64,000 bases of DNA from an uncultured Lachnospiraceae bacterium (GTDB lineage Bacteria > Bacillota > Clostridia > Lachnospirales > Lachnospiraceae), in NCBI GenBank assembly GCA_910585965.1, contig CAJUHH010000014.1:10148-74147 (forward strand), in the 5' to 3' direction. Positions 1-10,013 of the stretch are shown piece by piece. A program made the translations under genes and the position numbers. The notes under the pieces are model-generated. The model saw only the letters and a program-made list of their open reading frames with translations. It was not told the DNA's origin and did not search any database. Every line of letters begins with the position of its first letter. The stretch's first letter is position 1.

Positions 1-1
1 G

Positions 2-190
2 GAAGCCGCCGGTTATTCGTTCGGGGATGTGGTGAAGGTTTCCTGCTATTTAAAGAGCATGGAGGATTTTAACGGATTTAATGCGGTTTACGGGGAGTAT
101 TTTACCGGCCATCCCGCCCGTTCCTGCGTGGCGGTCAGGGAAATACCGAAAGATGTGTTGTGTGAAGTGGAAGTTACTGCATATCAATAA
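2..190 (+). CDS. RidA/YjgF/Rid family enamine/imine deaminase, 5'-truncated by window edge
   Basis: Frame 2 reads EAAGYSFGDVVKVSCYLKSMEDFNGFNAVYGEYFTGHPARSCVAVREIPKDVLCEVEVTAYQ*; VVKV, F..FN.VY..YF, PARS and VEV are Rid-family motifs. Not in the ORF track. Confidence 0.9.
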   Translation, partial: EAAGYSFGDVVKVSCYLKSMEDFNGFNAVYGEYFTGHPARSCVAVREIPKDVLCEVEVTAYQ

Positions 191-222
191 GGCATGTTTC
201 AGCTTAAGAAAGGAGAAGAGGT

Positions 223-1596
223 ATGAAGTACGCGAAGATGGTGGAAGCTATTGTGGAACATGTAGGGGGGAAGGGGAATATTGCCGTGGCAACGCATTGT
301 ATGACAAGGCTGCGGCTGAATCTGGAGGACAGCTCCAAGGTAAATGAAGAGGCTTTGAAAAAGCTGGACGGCGTTATGGGAGTAGTCAATAAAGGACAGC
401 AGACGCAGATCGTCCTTGGCCCTGCCGTCAACGAAGTATACGCGGAGTTTATCGAATATACTGGAATGAAGGAGGAAACGCCGGTGGAAGAAAACCTGGA
501 TGATTTGAAACAGGATTTGAAAAACCGTAAAGGCAACCTTCTGACGGTATTTTTTGAAACAGTGGCCGGGATATTTAATCCTATTGTGCCCGCATTGGCC
601 GGGGCCGGACTGGTAAGGGCTATTTTAACGATTGCGGTAGTATGCGGTTTGGATAATAGCGGAAATACTTATATGGTAATTAACACCATCGCTAACGGCA
701 TTTTTACTTTCCTGCCGTTCCTGCTGGCGGCTTCGGCGGCAAAGCAGTTCAAGATGGATTCGTTTGTGGCGATGACGATCTGCGCCGGCATGATGTCGTC
801 CACGTGGGCATCGTTGATTGCGGAAGGGGTGACAACCTATTCTTTTTTGAAAATCCCATTTACAGTAGTCAATTATTCCTCTTCCGTATTGCCCATCGTG
901 TTTGCCGTCTGGTTTGCTTCCTGGGTGGAAAAAGGGTTTCGGAAAGTCATACCCGGCGCGTTGAAAATTATTATGGTTCCCTGCTTGACTATTCTGGTCG
1001 CTACTCCGATATCCATTATGACGATCGGGCCGTTGGCTACCTGGGTCGGTAATCTGCTGGCAAGCGGGGTGACAGTGCTGTTTGAAAAAGGCGGTTTGTT
1101 TGCAGGACTTATTTACGGCGGCATTTATTCTTCCATGGTAGTTCTTGGGATCCACCACGGAATGGTCCCGGTATTGGTGCAGGGGATTACGGCGCAGGGC
1201 TTCAACTATATATCCCCTACCAGCGGCGCTGCCAATATGGGACAGGCTGGGGCTTCTTTCGGCGTATGGCTGAAAGCAAAGAACCAGAAAACGAAAACCA
1301 TCGCGGCTTCCGCTACGATTGCAGCGGTGACAGGCGTGACGGAACCGGCTATTTATGGTGTCAATTTTAAATATAAGAAGCCTTTTATGGCTGCGGCGAT
1401 CGGCGGCGCGGTAGGCGGAGGCTTTGCTTCTTTCCTGGGATTGAAAGCGTATGCCATGGGAGGCCCGTCCTTTTTGAACTTTGCGATGTTCATCGGCGAG
1501 AATCCCGGCAATATGTGGCTGGTAATGGCCGGTTTTGCCCTGGCATTTATCGTGGCTGCGGCAATCACTTATATTTGGGGATTTGAAGAGGAATAA
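223..1596 (+). CDS. PTS transporter EIIBC (beta-glucoside/sucrose subfamily), no EIIA domain
   Basis: VGGKGNI..ATHCMTRLRL EIIB phospho-Cys motif, QIVLG, hydrophobic EIIC with GIHH and GVTEPAIYG; RBS aaggag. Confidence 0.93.
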   Translation: MKYAKMVEAIVEHVGGKGNIAVATHCMTRLRLNLEDSSKVNEEALKKLDGVMGVVNKGQQTQIVLGPAVNEVYAEFIEYTGMKEETPVEENLDDLKQDLKNRKGNLLTVFFETVAGIFNPIVPALAGAGLVRAILTIAVVCGLDNSGNTYMVINTIANGIFTFLPFLLAASAAKQFKMDSFVAMTICAGMMSSTWASLIAEGVTTYSFLKIPFTVVNYSSSVLPIVFAVWFASWVEKGFRKVIPGALKIIMVPCLTILVATPISIMTIGPLATWVGNLLASGVTVLFEKGGLFAGLIYGGIYSSMVVLGIHHGMVPVLVQGITAQGFNYISPTSGAANMGQAGASFGVWLKAKNQKTKTIAASATIAAVTGVTEPAIYGVNFKYKKPFMAAAIGGAVGGGFASFLGLKAYAMGGPSFLNFAMFIGENPGNMWLVMAGFALAFIVAAAITYIWGFEEE

Positions 1597-1611
1597 AGAA
1601 AAGGAGCAAAT

Positions 1612-2820
1612 ATGAGCATAAAAGAAAGAATGATAACGGCTTTTCGGGAAGCCAACGGAGGCTTGTTTTCCGCAGTGGAAAAAGCGGATGTGGGGAGTTC
1701 TTACCAAGAAATGGAAAAACAGGGTGTCGCCCTGATGGGGTGGGCGGATCCGTTTATGCCGGATTTTTCCCTTCCGGAACATATTGAGAAGGCGACGATG
1801 GATGCCGTCCGCACGGCATCGGCCCCGCATTATACGGCGCCCGTCGGAGATTTGGACCTGAAGCAGGCGATCGCGGAAAAACTACGGGAAAAAAATCATC
1901 TGGAAATAGACCCGGAACGCCATGTCATGATTACTCCGGGTTCCGATTCCGGTTTATACTTTGCCATGCTTCCTTTTATCGGGGAGGGGGATGAGGTGCT
2001 GATCCCTTCCCCCAGCTATCCCAACAATATGCTGAATGTTGCCATTATGGGCGGAAAGGCGGTGCCTGTTCCGCTAAAAGAGGAGCTGGGATATCAATTA
2101 GAAGAGGAGGAACTGGAACGCTTTGTGACGAAACGCACGAAGATGGTAGTTCTGACCCACCCGAATAATCCGACAACTACGGTATATAACAGGAAATCTT
2201 TGGAGGGGCTGGCCCGGTTCGTGGTCCGCCATGACCTGATCCTCGTCTGCGACCAGGCGTTTGAAGATTTTTGTTTTGGAAATGAGATGATTACGCCGGC
2301 CTCCCTTCCGGGGATGTTTGAACGGACGATAACGGTATTTTCCTTTTCCAAAGGGATGGGATTGAGCGGATACCGGGTGGGCTATATTGTCTGCGATGAT
2401 ATCGTGATGGACAGTATGTTTGCCAATGCGGTTTCGGTGCTGGGCGCGACTAGCACAGTCGCCCAGAAGGCGGTAAGGGCGGCGCTGGAAAATACGGAAT
2501 TTATGAAGGAATTTGAAAAAGCCTTTGATTTCCGCCGCAAGGAGGCCTGGCGGATTTTCAACTCCATTCCCGGCATCAGGATGCAGATGCCGGAATCGGG
2601 ATTTTTGTGCTGGGTGGATGTATCTTCCCTGGGAAGTTCCACGGAGATTGTCAGATATCTGCTGAAGGAAGCAAAGGTTTCGGTCAACGATGGAATTAAC
2701 TACGGCGTGGGAGGCGAAGGGCATATTCGGATCGTCCTCGGCGTTTATAAGGATAACCAAAAGGTGGTGGATGCCCTGGAACGGATTCGGAGCGCTTTGA
2801 TCAGTTATAAGGGGGCATAA
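1612..2820 (+). CDS. PLP-dependent aminotransferase class I/II family enzyme
   Basis: HPNNPT, DQAF (variant of DEAY) and SFSKGMGLSGYRVGY PLP-lysine motif, HIRI near C-terminus. Confidence 0.9.
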   Translation: MSIKERMITAFREANGGLFSAVEKADVGSSYQEMEKQGVALMGWADPFMPDFSLPEHIEKATMDAVRTASAPHYTAPVGDLDLKQAIAEKLREKNHLEIDPERHVMITPGSDSGLYFAMLPFIGEGDEVLIPSPSYPNNMLNVAIMGGKAVPVPLKEELGYQLEEEELERFVTKRTKMVVLTHPNNPTTTVYNRKSLEGLARFVVRHDLILVCDQAFEDFCFGNEMITPASLPGMFERTITVFSFSKGMGLSGYRVGYIVCDDIVMDSMFANAVSVLGATSTVAQKAVRAALENTEFMKEFEKAFDFRRKEAWRIFNSIPGIRMQMPESGFLCWVDVSSLGSSTEIVRYLLKEAKVSVNDGINYGVGGEGHIRIVLGVYKDNQKVVDALERIRSALISYKGA

Positions 2821-2857
2821 TTCTATATTTCGAATCATTTTCATATAGGCGCTATAA

Positions 2858-2888
2858 AAAAAGGGGTGTCCCATGGACACTCCTTTTT
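2858..2888 (+). terminator. Intrinsic terminator
   Basis: aaaaaggggtgtcc-cat-ggacactccttttt hairpin plus T-tract after the aminotransferase. Confidence 0.8.
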
Positions 2889-2961
2889 GTAATAATGCAC
2901 AAAAAGGAATACTTTGATTTTACTATTTCTGCCAAACTTACGAAACAATGCGAAAAAGTGC

Positions 2962-2990
2962 TTGCATTAATTTTAGCTTAATGATATTAT
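2962..2990 (+). promoter_or_regulatory. sigmaA-type promoter of the maltodextrin ABC operon
   Basis: ttgcat-17 bp-tattat with extended -10 TG. Confidence 0.65.
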
Positions 2991-3000
2991 GAGTACACGA

Positions 3001-3016
3001 TCGGAAACGTTACCGA
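3001..3016. promoter_or_regulatory. LacI-family operator
   Basis: Near-palindrome tcggaaacgttaccga with central CG, just downstream of the promoter; LacI gene in the same locus. Confidence 0.65.
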
Positions 3017-3197
3017 AAACGATGCCGAGAACGGTGCCGGAAACCAGAAATGACATATCCGCCTCCGGGCAGGATGCCGTGGACAGGGAAAAGGAGCCGG
3101 TACATAAAGAGGCAAAAGGCGAAGGGCGGTTCCAGGAACTTGCGGATTTTTCAAAGGATCCACAAAATACCAAATTATCAAAAGGAGAGTATTCATT

Positions 3198-4622
3198 ATG
3201 AAAAAGAAACTGATTAGTGCATTACTTTGTGTAGCAATGGTTTCCTCCATGTTGATCGGATGCGGAAGCGGCGCAGCAGAAGAAACAGCGCCTGCAGAAG
3301 AAGCGGCTCCGACAGAGGAAGCGGCTCCGGCAGAAGAAGAAGCTCCGGCAGCAGAGGAAGCAGCTCCGGCAGCATCCGCAGATGGCGGAAGAGTTTATTA
3401 TTTGAACTTCAAACCGGAAGTTGACGCACAGTGGCAGGAAATTGCAGCAGCTTATACAGCTGAGACAGGCGTTGAAGTGAAGGTTGTCACCGCAGCAAGC
3501 GGCACATATGAAGAAGTTCTCAGATCCGAGATCGCTGGCACGGACGCACCGACATTGTTCCAGATCAACGGACCGGTAGGCTACCAGAACTGGAAAGATT
3601 ACTGCCTTGATTTGTCAAGCTCTGAACTTTATAATGCATTGTCCGATAAAGGCCTTGCAGTAACAGGCGCGGACGGCGGCGTATATGGAGTGCCTTATAC
3701 AGTAGAAGCTTATGGTATTATCTATAACGACGCGATCATGCAGGCATACTTCGCAACAGAAGGCGCGAAAGCAGCAAGCGTTGACGAGATCAATACTTTT
3801 GCGAAACTGAAAGAAGTAGTAGAAGATATGACGGCAAAGAAAGATGAGTTAGGCATTGAAGGCGTATTCGCTTCCACATCTCTGCTTCCCGGCGAGGACT
3901 GGAGATGGCAGACGCATCTTGCAAATGTTCCGGTATACTACGAATACAAAGACAACAACGTAAGCGATATGGCAGAAATTGCATTTACTTACTCCGATAA
4001 CTTCAAGAATATCTGGGATCTGTACATCAACAACTCCACATGCGCTCCTGGGCTTCTGGGCAGCAAGGCAGTTACAGACTCCATGGCTGAGTTCGCGCTT
4101 GGACAGTGCGCAATGGTTCAGAACGGCAACTGGGCTTGGGGACAGATTTCCGACGTAGAAGGCAATACGGTAAAAGAAGAAGACGTTAAGTTCATGCCTG
4201 TTTATATAGGCGTTGCTGGAGAAGAAGACCAGGGTCTTTGCACAGGCACAGAAAACTTCTGGTGTGTAAACAGCCAGGCTTCTGAGGCAGACCAGAAAGC
4301 AACTCTTGATTTTGTAAACTGGATGATTTCTTCCGATGCAGGAAAAGATTACATGGTAAATTCTTTAGGAAACGCAGCTCCGTTCTCCACATTCGGCGAT
4401 GACGAGAAGCCTTCCGATCCTTTGGCAAAAGAAATGTACCGTTACATGGAAAGCGGAAAGAACAGCGTAACATGGAACTTCACGACATTCCCGAGCCAGG
4501 CGTTCAAGGATGACTTCGGCGCAGCTTTGCTGGAATACTGCAATGGCAATATGACATGGGATGAAGTAAAAGAACTCGTTGTTACAAGATGGGCAGAAGA
4601 AAAAGCTGCTACAGCACAGTAG
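3198..4622 (+). CDS. Carbohydrate ABC transporter substrate-binding lipoprotein (maltodextrin-type)
   Basis: Lipobox LIGC, APAEE low-complexity linker, YYLNFKPE and AMVQNGNW of family-1 SBPs; followed by two permeases and malQ. Confidence 0.9.
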   Translation: MKKKLISALLCVAMVSSMLIGCGSGAAEETAPAEEAAPTEEAAPAEEEAPAAEEAAPAASADGGRVYYLNFKPEVDAQWQEIAAAYTAETGVEVKVVTAASGTYEEVLRSEIAGTDAPTLFQINGPVGYQNWKDYCLDLSSSELYNALSDKGLAVTGADGGVYGVPYTVEAYGIIYNDAIMQAYFATEGAKAASVDEINTFAKLKEVVEDMTAKKDELGIEGVFASTSLLPGEDWRWQTHLANVPVYYEYKDNNVSDMAEIAFTYSDNFKNIWDLYINNSTCAPGLLGSKAVTDSMAEFALGQCAMVQNGNWAWGQISDVEGNTVKEEDVKFMPVYIGVAGEEDQGLCTGTENFWCVNSQASEADQKATLDFVNWMISSDAGKDYMVNSLGNAAPFSTFGDDEKPSDPLAKEMYRYMESGKNSVTWNFTTFPSQAFKDDFGAALLEYCNGNMTWDEVKELVVTRWAEEKAATAQ

Positions 4623-4632
4623 TAGTGTGAAG

Positions 4633-4872
4633 AGAAGTTCTAAGGCTCGCACCAGTGGGTGCTTCGCCAAGAACTTCTAAGGTTCGCGTCGCGAACCGCC
4701 CTTCACACCGAAAAATGCCTGAAATACGGCATTTTTCATCGGAGCTTCAGCTCCGGGGGTTTGTGTGAAATCATACTTCTTGGCAAAACATACATTTTAT
4801 CAGAGTATGAATATGGATGGATGAGCAAGTTGAGTAGGAACACTTCGCAGTCTCGGCTGCGGAGTGTTTTTT
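4633..4872. repeat. Cluster of intergenic stem-loops (REP-like/structured element) between SBP and permease genes
   Basis: agaagttct..agaacttct, ggttcgcg/cgcgaacc, gaaaaatgcc/ggcatttttc, ggagct/agctcc and aacacttcgcag/ctgcggagtgtt inverted repeats. Confidence 0.6.
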
Positions 4873-4906
4873 GCTCCAATAGAATGGTTCAAAAGGAGAA
4901 TAAGCA

Positions 4907-5752
4907 ATGGAAAAAACGTTAAAAAAGTATTTTCTAATCTTTACCCTGCCGACAGTGATCGCATTTGCGTTTGCTTTTCTGATCCCTTTTGTACAGGGCG
5001 TATACTTGTCTTTTTGTAAATTCACGACAGTAAGCAATGCGACATGGGCGGGATTTGCGAATTACAAGGCTGCTTTTTCCGGCGGACAGGGATTTATGAG
5101 CGCTTTGGGATTCACGGCATCGTTTACGGTGGTAAGCGTAGTGACGATCAACTTGCTGGCATTTACGATCGCGCTGCTGCTGACAAGGAAGATCAAAGGA
5201 ACGAATATATTCCGTACTGTATTTTTTATGCCGAACCTGATCGGCGGTATCGTGCTCGGTTATACATGGCAGCAGATGATCAACGCTGTTTTATATAAAT
5301 ATGAAACGACAATCGTAGCAAATGCAAAATTCGGTTTCTGGGGTCTGGTGCTTTTGATGAACTGGCAGATGGTGGGATACATGATGATCATCTATATCGC
5401 AGGCTTGCAGAATGTCCCCACAGAGCTGATCGAGGCGGCGAAGATCGACGGCGCGACTCCCTGGCAGACATTGATTAAAGTAAAGATCCCGATGGTAATG
5501 TCTTCCATCACGATCTGCATGTTCCTGACCTTATCCAACAGCTTCAAGCTGTTCGACCAGAACAAGGCTCTGACGGACGGCGCGCCGATGAAGAAGACGC
5601 AGATGCTGGCGCTCAATATTTATGAGACTTTCTATGGAAGGACAGGATTTGAAGGCGTGGGCCAGGCGAAAGCGGTAGTATTCTTTATTATCGTAGTAGC
5701 GATCGCATTAGTACAGTTGACCTTTACAAGGAGTAAGGAGGTAGAGCAATAA
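4907..5752 (+). CDS. Carbohydrate ABC transporter permease (MalF-like)
   Basis: Membrane protein with EAA loop EAAKIDGA. Confidence 0.93.
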   Translation: MEKTLKKYFLIFTLPTVIAFAFAFLIPFVQGVYLSFCKFTTVSNATWAGFANYKAAFSGGQGFMSALGFTASFTVVSVVTINLLAFTIALLLTRKIKGTNIFRTVFFMPNLIGGIVLGYTWQQMINAVLYKYETTIVANAKFGFWGLVLLMNWQMVGYMMIIYIAGLQNVPTELIEAAKIDGATPWQTLIKVKIPMVMSSITICMFLTLSNSFKLFDQNKALTDGAPMKKTQMLALNIYETFYGRTGFEGVGQAKAVVFFIIVVAIALVQLTFTRSKEVEQ

Positions 5753-6597
5753 TGGTATCAGCAAAAAGCAAGGCTTCCAATAAGATCATATTTGTATTTT
5801 TATTCGTATTTGCAATCGCAATCCTTTATCCCTTGTTATTTATTTTAAATAACTCCTTTAAAGGGAAATTTTATATCAGCAAAGACCCGTTTTCCCTGCC
5901 GACTGGGGAAACCTTTGCAGGGATCACGAACTACGTGAACGGCCTTGTAAAAACAGGGCTTTTGAACGCGATCGGATGGTCGTTTTTCATTACGATCGTA
6001 TCGGTGGTATTCCTCGTGCTGTTTACGTCCATGACGGCATATTATGTAACAAGGGTAAAATCAGCTTATTCCACCGGCCTTTATTATATGTTTGTATTCT
6101 CTATGGTAGTGCCTTTCCAGATGGTTATGTTTACAATGACCAGCCTGGCAGACAGATTTCATTTGCGTAATCCGCTCGGTATGTGTATACTGTATTTAGG
6201 GTTTGATGCAGGGCTTTCGGTATTTATGTTTGCGGGGTTTGTAAAATCGATTCCTCTGGAGATCGAAGAGGCGGCTATGATCGACGGATGCACGCCGCTG
6301 CAGACTTTCTTCGGGGTGGTATTCCCGATCCTGAAACCTACGGCGATCACCGTAGCGATATTGGATGCCATGCATGTATGGAACGACTTCCTTCTGCCTT
6401 ACCTTGTCATCGGTATCAGCACCAAGTATAAAACAATTCCTGTCGTAGTACAGATGCTGGTCGGTTCTAACGGAAATAAAGATATGGGGGCATTGATGGC
6501 GATGCTTGTTCTTTCCATCATTCCGATTATTATTTTCTATCTGACTTGTCAGAAGTACATTATCGAAGGCGTTGTTGCCGGGGCCGTAAAGGGTTAG
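5752..6597 (+). CDS. Carbohydrate ABC transporter permease (MalG-like)
   Basis: EEAAMIDGC, WNDFL, C-terminal GAVKG; TAATG stop/start overlap. Confidence 0.93.
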   Translation: MVSAKSKASNKIIFVFLFVFAIAILYPLLFILNNSFKGKFYISKDPFSLPTGETFAGITNYVNGLVKTGLLNAIGWSFFITIVSVVFLVLFTSMTAYYVTRVKSAYSTGLYYMFVFSMVVPFQMVMFTMTSLADRFHLRNPLGMCILYLGFDAGLSVFMFAGFVKSIPLEIEEAAMIDGCTPLQTFFGVVFPILKPTAITVAILDAMHVWNDFLLPYLVIGISTKYKTIPVVVQMLVGSNGNKDMGALMAMLVLSIIPIIIFYLTCQKYIIEGVVAGAVKG

Positions 6598-6623
6598 GGC
6601 CTTGAAAGGAGTATAGTTTTGAA

Positions 6624-8099
6624 ATGAGAAAAGGCGGCATTTTATTACCAGTATCAAGCATTCCGTCTAAGTATGGGATTGGCACATTCTCAAAACAGGC
6701 GTATGAGTTTGTGGATTTTTTGGAAAGAGCGGGGCAGAGCTTCTGGCAGATTCTGCCGTTGGGGCCCACAGGCTACGGGGATTCCCCGTACCAGTCGTTC
6801 TCAACCTTTGCAGGAAATCCTTACTATATCGATTTGGAAGAGCTGATAAAAAAAGGATGGCTGACGAGGGAAGAGTGCGACGCCTGTGATTTCGGCAGCG
6901 ATGATGGATATGTGGATTATGAGAAAATCTATCTGTCACGGTTCCGGATACTCAAAACGGCTTATGAGAGGAGCCATATTAAGGAAGATAAGGAATTCGG
7001 GGAATTTAAAGAGGAAAATGCCGCATGGCTGGAAGATTATGCATTATATATGGCGGTGAAAAACTCTTTTCAGGGGGCAAGCTGGATTGAATGGGATGAA
7101 GAAATCCGGCTCCGCAAACCCGAAGCGATGAAGGCTTACAAAGAAAAATATGCGGATGAAGTGGAATTTTACCAGTTCCAGCAGTTTTTGTTTGCTGCGC
7201 AGTGGCTTGCGCTTAAGGCGTATGCCAATAAAAAGAAAATCAGCATCATAGGGGATATCCCTATTTACGTAGCGTTTGACAGCGCCGATACATGGGCGAA
7301 CCCGGAGCTGTTCCAGCTGGATGAATCGTGTACGCCGACAGGCGTGGCGGGGTGTCCGCCGGATTCTTTTTCGGCGACAGGGCAGCTCTGGGGGAACCCT
7401 CTTTACAAATGGGAGTATCATAAGGAAACCGGTTATGAATGGTGGATGAACAGAATCGCCTATTGTTATCGTTTGTATGACGTGGTGAGGATCGACCATT
7501 TCCGGGGGTTTGATGAATACTATTTTATTCCTTACGGCGATACCACGGCGGAGTTCGGACATTGGGAAAAGGGGCCGGGGTATGATATATTTAAAGTAAT
7601 GAAAGAAAAAATCGGCAAAAAGCCGGTAATTGCGGAAGATTTGGGTTTTTTGACTCCAAGCGTCATCAGCCTGGTAAAGAAGACAGGGTATCCGGGGATG
7701 AAGATCCTGCAGTTTGCCTTTGATTCCAGGGAAGAGAGCGATTATCTGCCGCACAACTATTTGCGTAATTCCGTCGTTTATACGGGCACCCATGACAACG
7801 ATACGACGATGGGGTGGTACAATACGTTGAACAGACGTGACAAAGCGTTTGCCAAGCGCTATTTAAACATAATGACAAAAAAAGAGATTTATTGGGAGTT
7901 TATCCGGGCAGCTCTTTCCAGCGTGGCGGATACGGCAATCATCCCTGTCCAGGACTATCTGGGACTGGGATCGGAAGCAAGGGTGAATATGCCGTCCACT
8001 TTAGGAAATAACTGGAAATGGCGTTTGAGGGACGGCCAGCTGGACGACGGTCTGGCAGAGCGTATACGGGAGATGACAAAGCTGTATGGAAGAATATAA
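6624..8099 (+). CDS. malQ: 4-alpha-glucanotransferase (amylomaltase, GH77)
   Basis: WQILPLGP, DSPYQS, GQLWGNPLY, RIDHFRGF, IAEDLG, YTGTHDNDT. Confidence 0.96.
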   Translation: MRKGGILLPVSSIPSKYGIGTFSKQAYEFVDFLERAGQSFWQILPLGPTGYGDSPYQSFSTFAGNPYYIDLEELIKKGWLTREECDACDFGSDDGYVDYEKIYLSRFRILKTAYERSHIKEDKEFGEFKEENAAWLEDYALYMAVKNSFQGASWIEWDEEIRLRKPEAMKAYKEKYADEVEFYQFQQFLFAAQWLALKAYANKKKISIIGDIPIYVAFDSADTWANPELFQLDESCTPTGVAGCPPDSFSATGQLWGNPLYKWEYHKETGYEWWMNRIAYCYRLYDVVRIDHFRGFDEYYFIPYGDTTAEFGHWEKGPGYDIFKVMKEKIGKKPVIAEDLGFLTPSVISLVKKTGYPGMKILQFAFDSREESDYLPHNYLRNSVVYTGTHDNDTTMGWYNTLNRRDKAFAKRYLNIMTKKEIYWEFIRAALSSVADTAIIPVQDYLGLGSEARVNMPSTLGNNWKWRLRDGQLDDGLAERIREMTKLYGRI

Positions 8100-8138
8100 G
8101 GACCAGAATTCCAGGCAGCTATTAGGAGGGTTTGTAAA

Positions 8139-9194
8139 ATGCCTGAAATAACAATCAAGGATATTGCGAAGCGATGCGGCGTCGGCGTAAGCACGGTTTC
8201 GAGGGCGATCAATAATCATCCTGATATCAATCAGGAAACGAAAAGCATGATCATGGAAGTGATCCATGAAATGGGATTTGTGCCGAACAACAGTGCCAGG
8301 AACCTGAAAAGGACAGATGCCAGATGTATAGCCGTTCTTGTAAAAGGTATTGCAAACCCTCTTTTCAGCGATATGATCCAGGTGATTGAGGAAGAGACAC
8401 AGAAGAAAAAGTATTCCCTTGTGCTGAAGCATGTGGAGTATTATGAGGATGAAGTGGATGTTGCTCTGGAGCTGGTAAAAGAAAAGCGGCTGCGGGGCAT
8501 TATCTTCCTGGGAGGTTATTTTTTCCATTCCCAGGAAAAAATCAGCAACCTGACAGTGCCTTATATTTTCAGCACTATTGGTTCTGCCACGCCGGAAAAT
8601 ATGAATCGCGCGCTATATTCCAGCGTATCGGTGGACGATAAAAAGGAAAGCTATCTGATGACATCCTATCTATTAGGCCTGGGACACCGGGATATCGCCA
8701 TACTTTCCGCAGAATCGGAGATCAACAGCATCGGGCAGCTCCGGCTGGAGGGCTATAAAGACGCGTTGGCGGATAAAGGCGTTCCTTTCCGGAAGGAACT
8801 GGTGCGCTGCGTGAAAGAAGATATGGTGCATTATTCCATGGAGAATGGATACATTACGACGAAGGAGCTGATCGGTTCGGGAGAAAAATTTACCGCAGTC
8901 TATGCTACGGCGGACATTCTTGCAGTTGGCGCATGCAGTGCACTGATCGAGGCGGGGCTGCGCATTCCCGAAGACGTGTCCGTGACAGGGTATGACGGCA
9001 TTGATGTGGGAAAATATTATAATCCGGCGATTACGACGATCAAGCAGCCGGTAAAGGAGATTGCGGAAAAAACGATCCGGCTGTTGTTCGATATTATTGC
9101 AGGAAGGAAAAAGTGCGAACACATCCTCCTGCCCGGCGAGCTGGTCGTCCGCGCTTCCAGCGGGCCTGTGGGAGGGCTGGCAAAAGAGGCTTGA
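8139..9194 (+). CDS. LacI family transcriptional regulator
   Basis: TIKDIAKRCGVGVSTVSRAIN HTH, IPEDVSVTGYD, ITTIKQP. Confidence 0.95.
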   Translation: MPEITIKDIAKRCGVGVSTVSRAINNHPDINQETKSMIMEVIHEMGFVPNNSARNLKRTDARCIAVLVKGIANPLFSDMIQVIEEETQKKKYSLVLKHVEYYEDEVDVALELVKEKRLRGIIFLGGYFFHSQEKISNLTVPYIFSTIGSATPENMNRALYSSVSVDDKKESYLMTSYLLGLGHRDIAILSAESEINSIGQLRLEGYKDALADKGVPFRKELVRCVKEDMVHYSMENGYITTKELIGSGEKFTAVYATADILAVGACSALIEAGLRIPEDVSVTGYDGIDVGKYYNPAITTIKQPVKEIAEKTIRLLFDIIAGRKKCEHILLPGELVVRASSGPVGGLAKEA

Positions 9195-9201
9195 GAATTG
9201 T

Positions 9202-9699
9202 TTAAAAAGCCTTCCGGCTCAGGTTAGAGTTATGGTAGCTGGGATCCATGGTGACATCTTCATCAAACCAGGCCGGAGGAAGAAAGGCATGCGCCATGTT
9301 TTCGCTGGGGAATTCCACTTCCGCGATGACAAGGGGACGGAAAGGATCGTCGAAGATATCGAGTTCAATTTTTAAAGAAATTCCTGCTTCCTGTTCCGAA
9401 AGAGAAATATCCGGCGAAAAATCAGGTTTTTCGATGGGAATGAGATACCGTGTTTTGGAAATAATATTCCCGTCGGCTTTTTTCCGCAGATGTTCATAGG
9501 ATTCCTTGTTCAGAGGGAGATTGTATTCCTCCCTGGCAAGAAGTCCTTTTCCTTTGTAAGTAAGATAATATTCTTCGTCCTGTCTGCGGATCCGAATCGT
9601 TGGATCGGTATTCAGGTATGCCTGTTCGATGCGGAGAAATGGATAAGAGTCTAAACGGGCGGGCAGTTCTTTGATCGTGAATTTTCTTTCAATTTCCAT
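9202..9699 (-). CDS. CYTH domain protein
   Basis: N-terminal EIERKF, RIR, AEVEF motifs. Confidence 0.9.
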   Translation of the reverse strand: MEIERKFTIKELPARLDSYPFLRIEQAYLNTDPTIRIRRQDEEYYLTYKGKGLLAREEYNLPLNKESYEHLRKKADGNIISKTRYLIPIEKPDFSPDISLSEQEAGISLKIELDIFDDPFRPLVIAEVEFPSENMAHAFLPPAWFDEDVTMDPSYHNSNLSRKAF

Positions 9700-9738
9700 A
9701 GGGGCATCCTTTCTTTTTTTGTGGTGGTAAGAGGTTTA

Positions 9739-9921
9739 TTAACTTATTTTCCAATAACCTTTCCTGTCAGAACCTATACGGGTAATTTTTTTTGCTTCTC
9801 GCAACTGTCTTATGATACGACTAACTTTTCAGGTGCTGAACCCTGTCTGTTCACTCATTTCTTTTGCGGTAATATCAGAATGCTCTTTTATTAAGCGCAG
9901 AATTTTGTTTTCATCGCCATT
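9739..9921 (-). pseudogene. Orphan C-terminal winged-helix fragment with internal stop
   Basis: Minus strand reads NGDENKILRLIKEHSDITAKEMSEQTGFST*KVSRIIRQLREAKKITRIGSDRKGYWKIS*; R.GS.R.GYW tail typical of wHTH ends of AlbA/RecG-like or Fic proteins; TGA at 9829-9831. Confidence 0.7.
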
Positions 9922-10013
9922 GGCGATGTTCTTCCTTTTCCAGTTTATCATTTAATGTAGTCTTAAATTCCACACGATTACTTTCCTGCAACATCATTGC
10001 ACTCCCTTTTCTG

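Noticed and set aside
625..2880. Long antisense ORFs (401 aa, 260 aa) and similar ones opposite malQ, clpX, ytvI and the TPR gene
   Set aside because: Shadow frames of well-supported genes, with no recognisable motifs.
3275..3380. Repeats encoding APAEEA in the binding protein
   Set aside because: Ordinary low-complexity lipoprotein linker.
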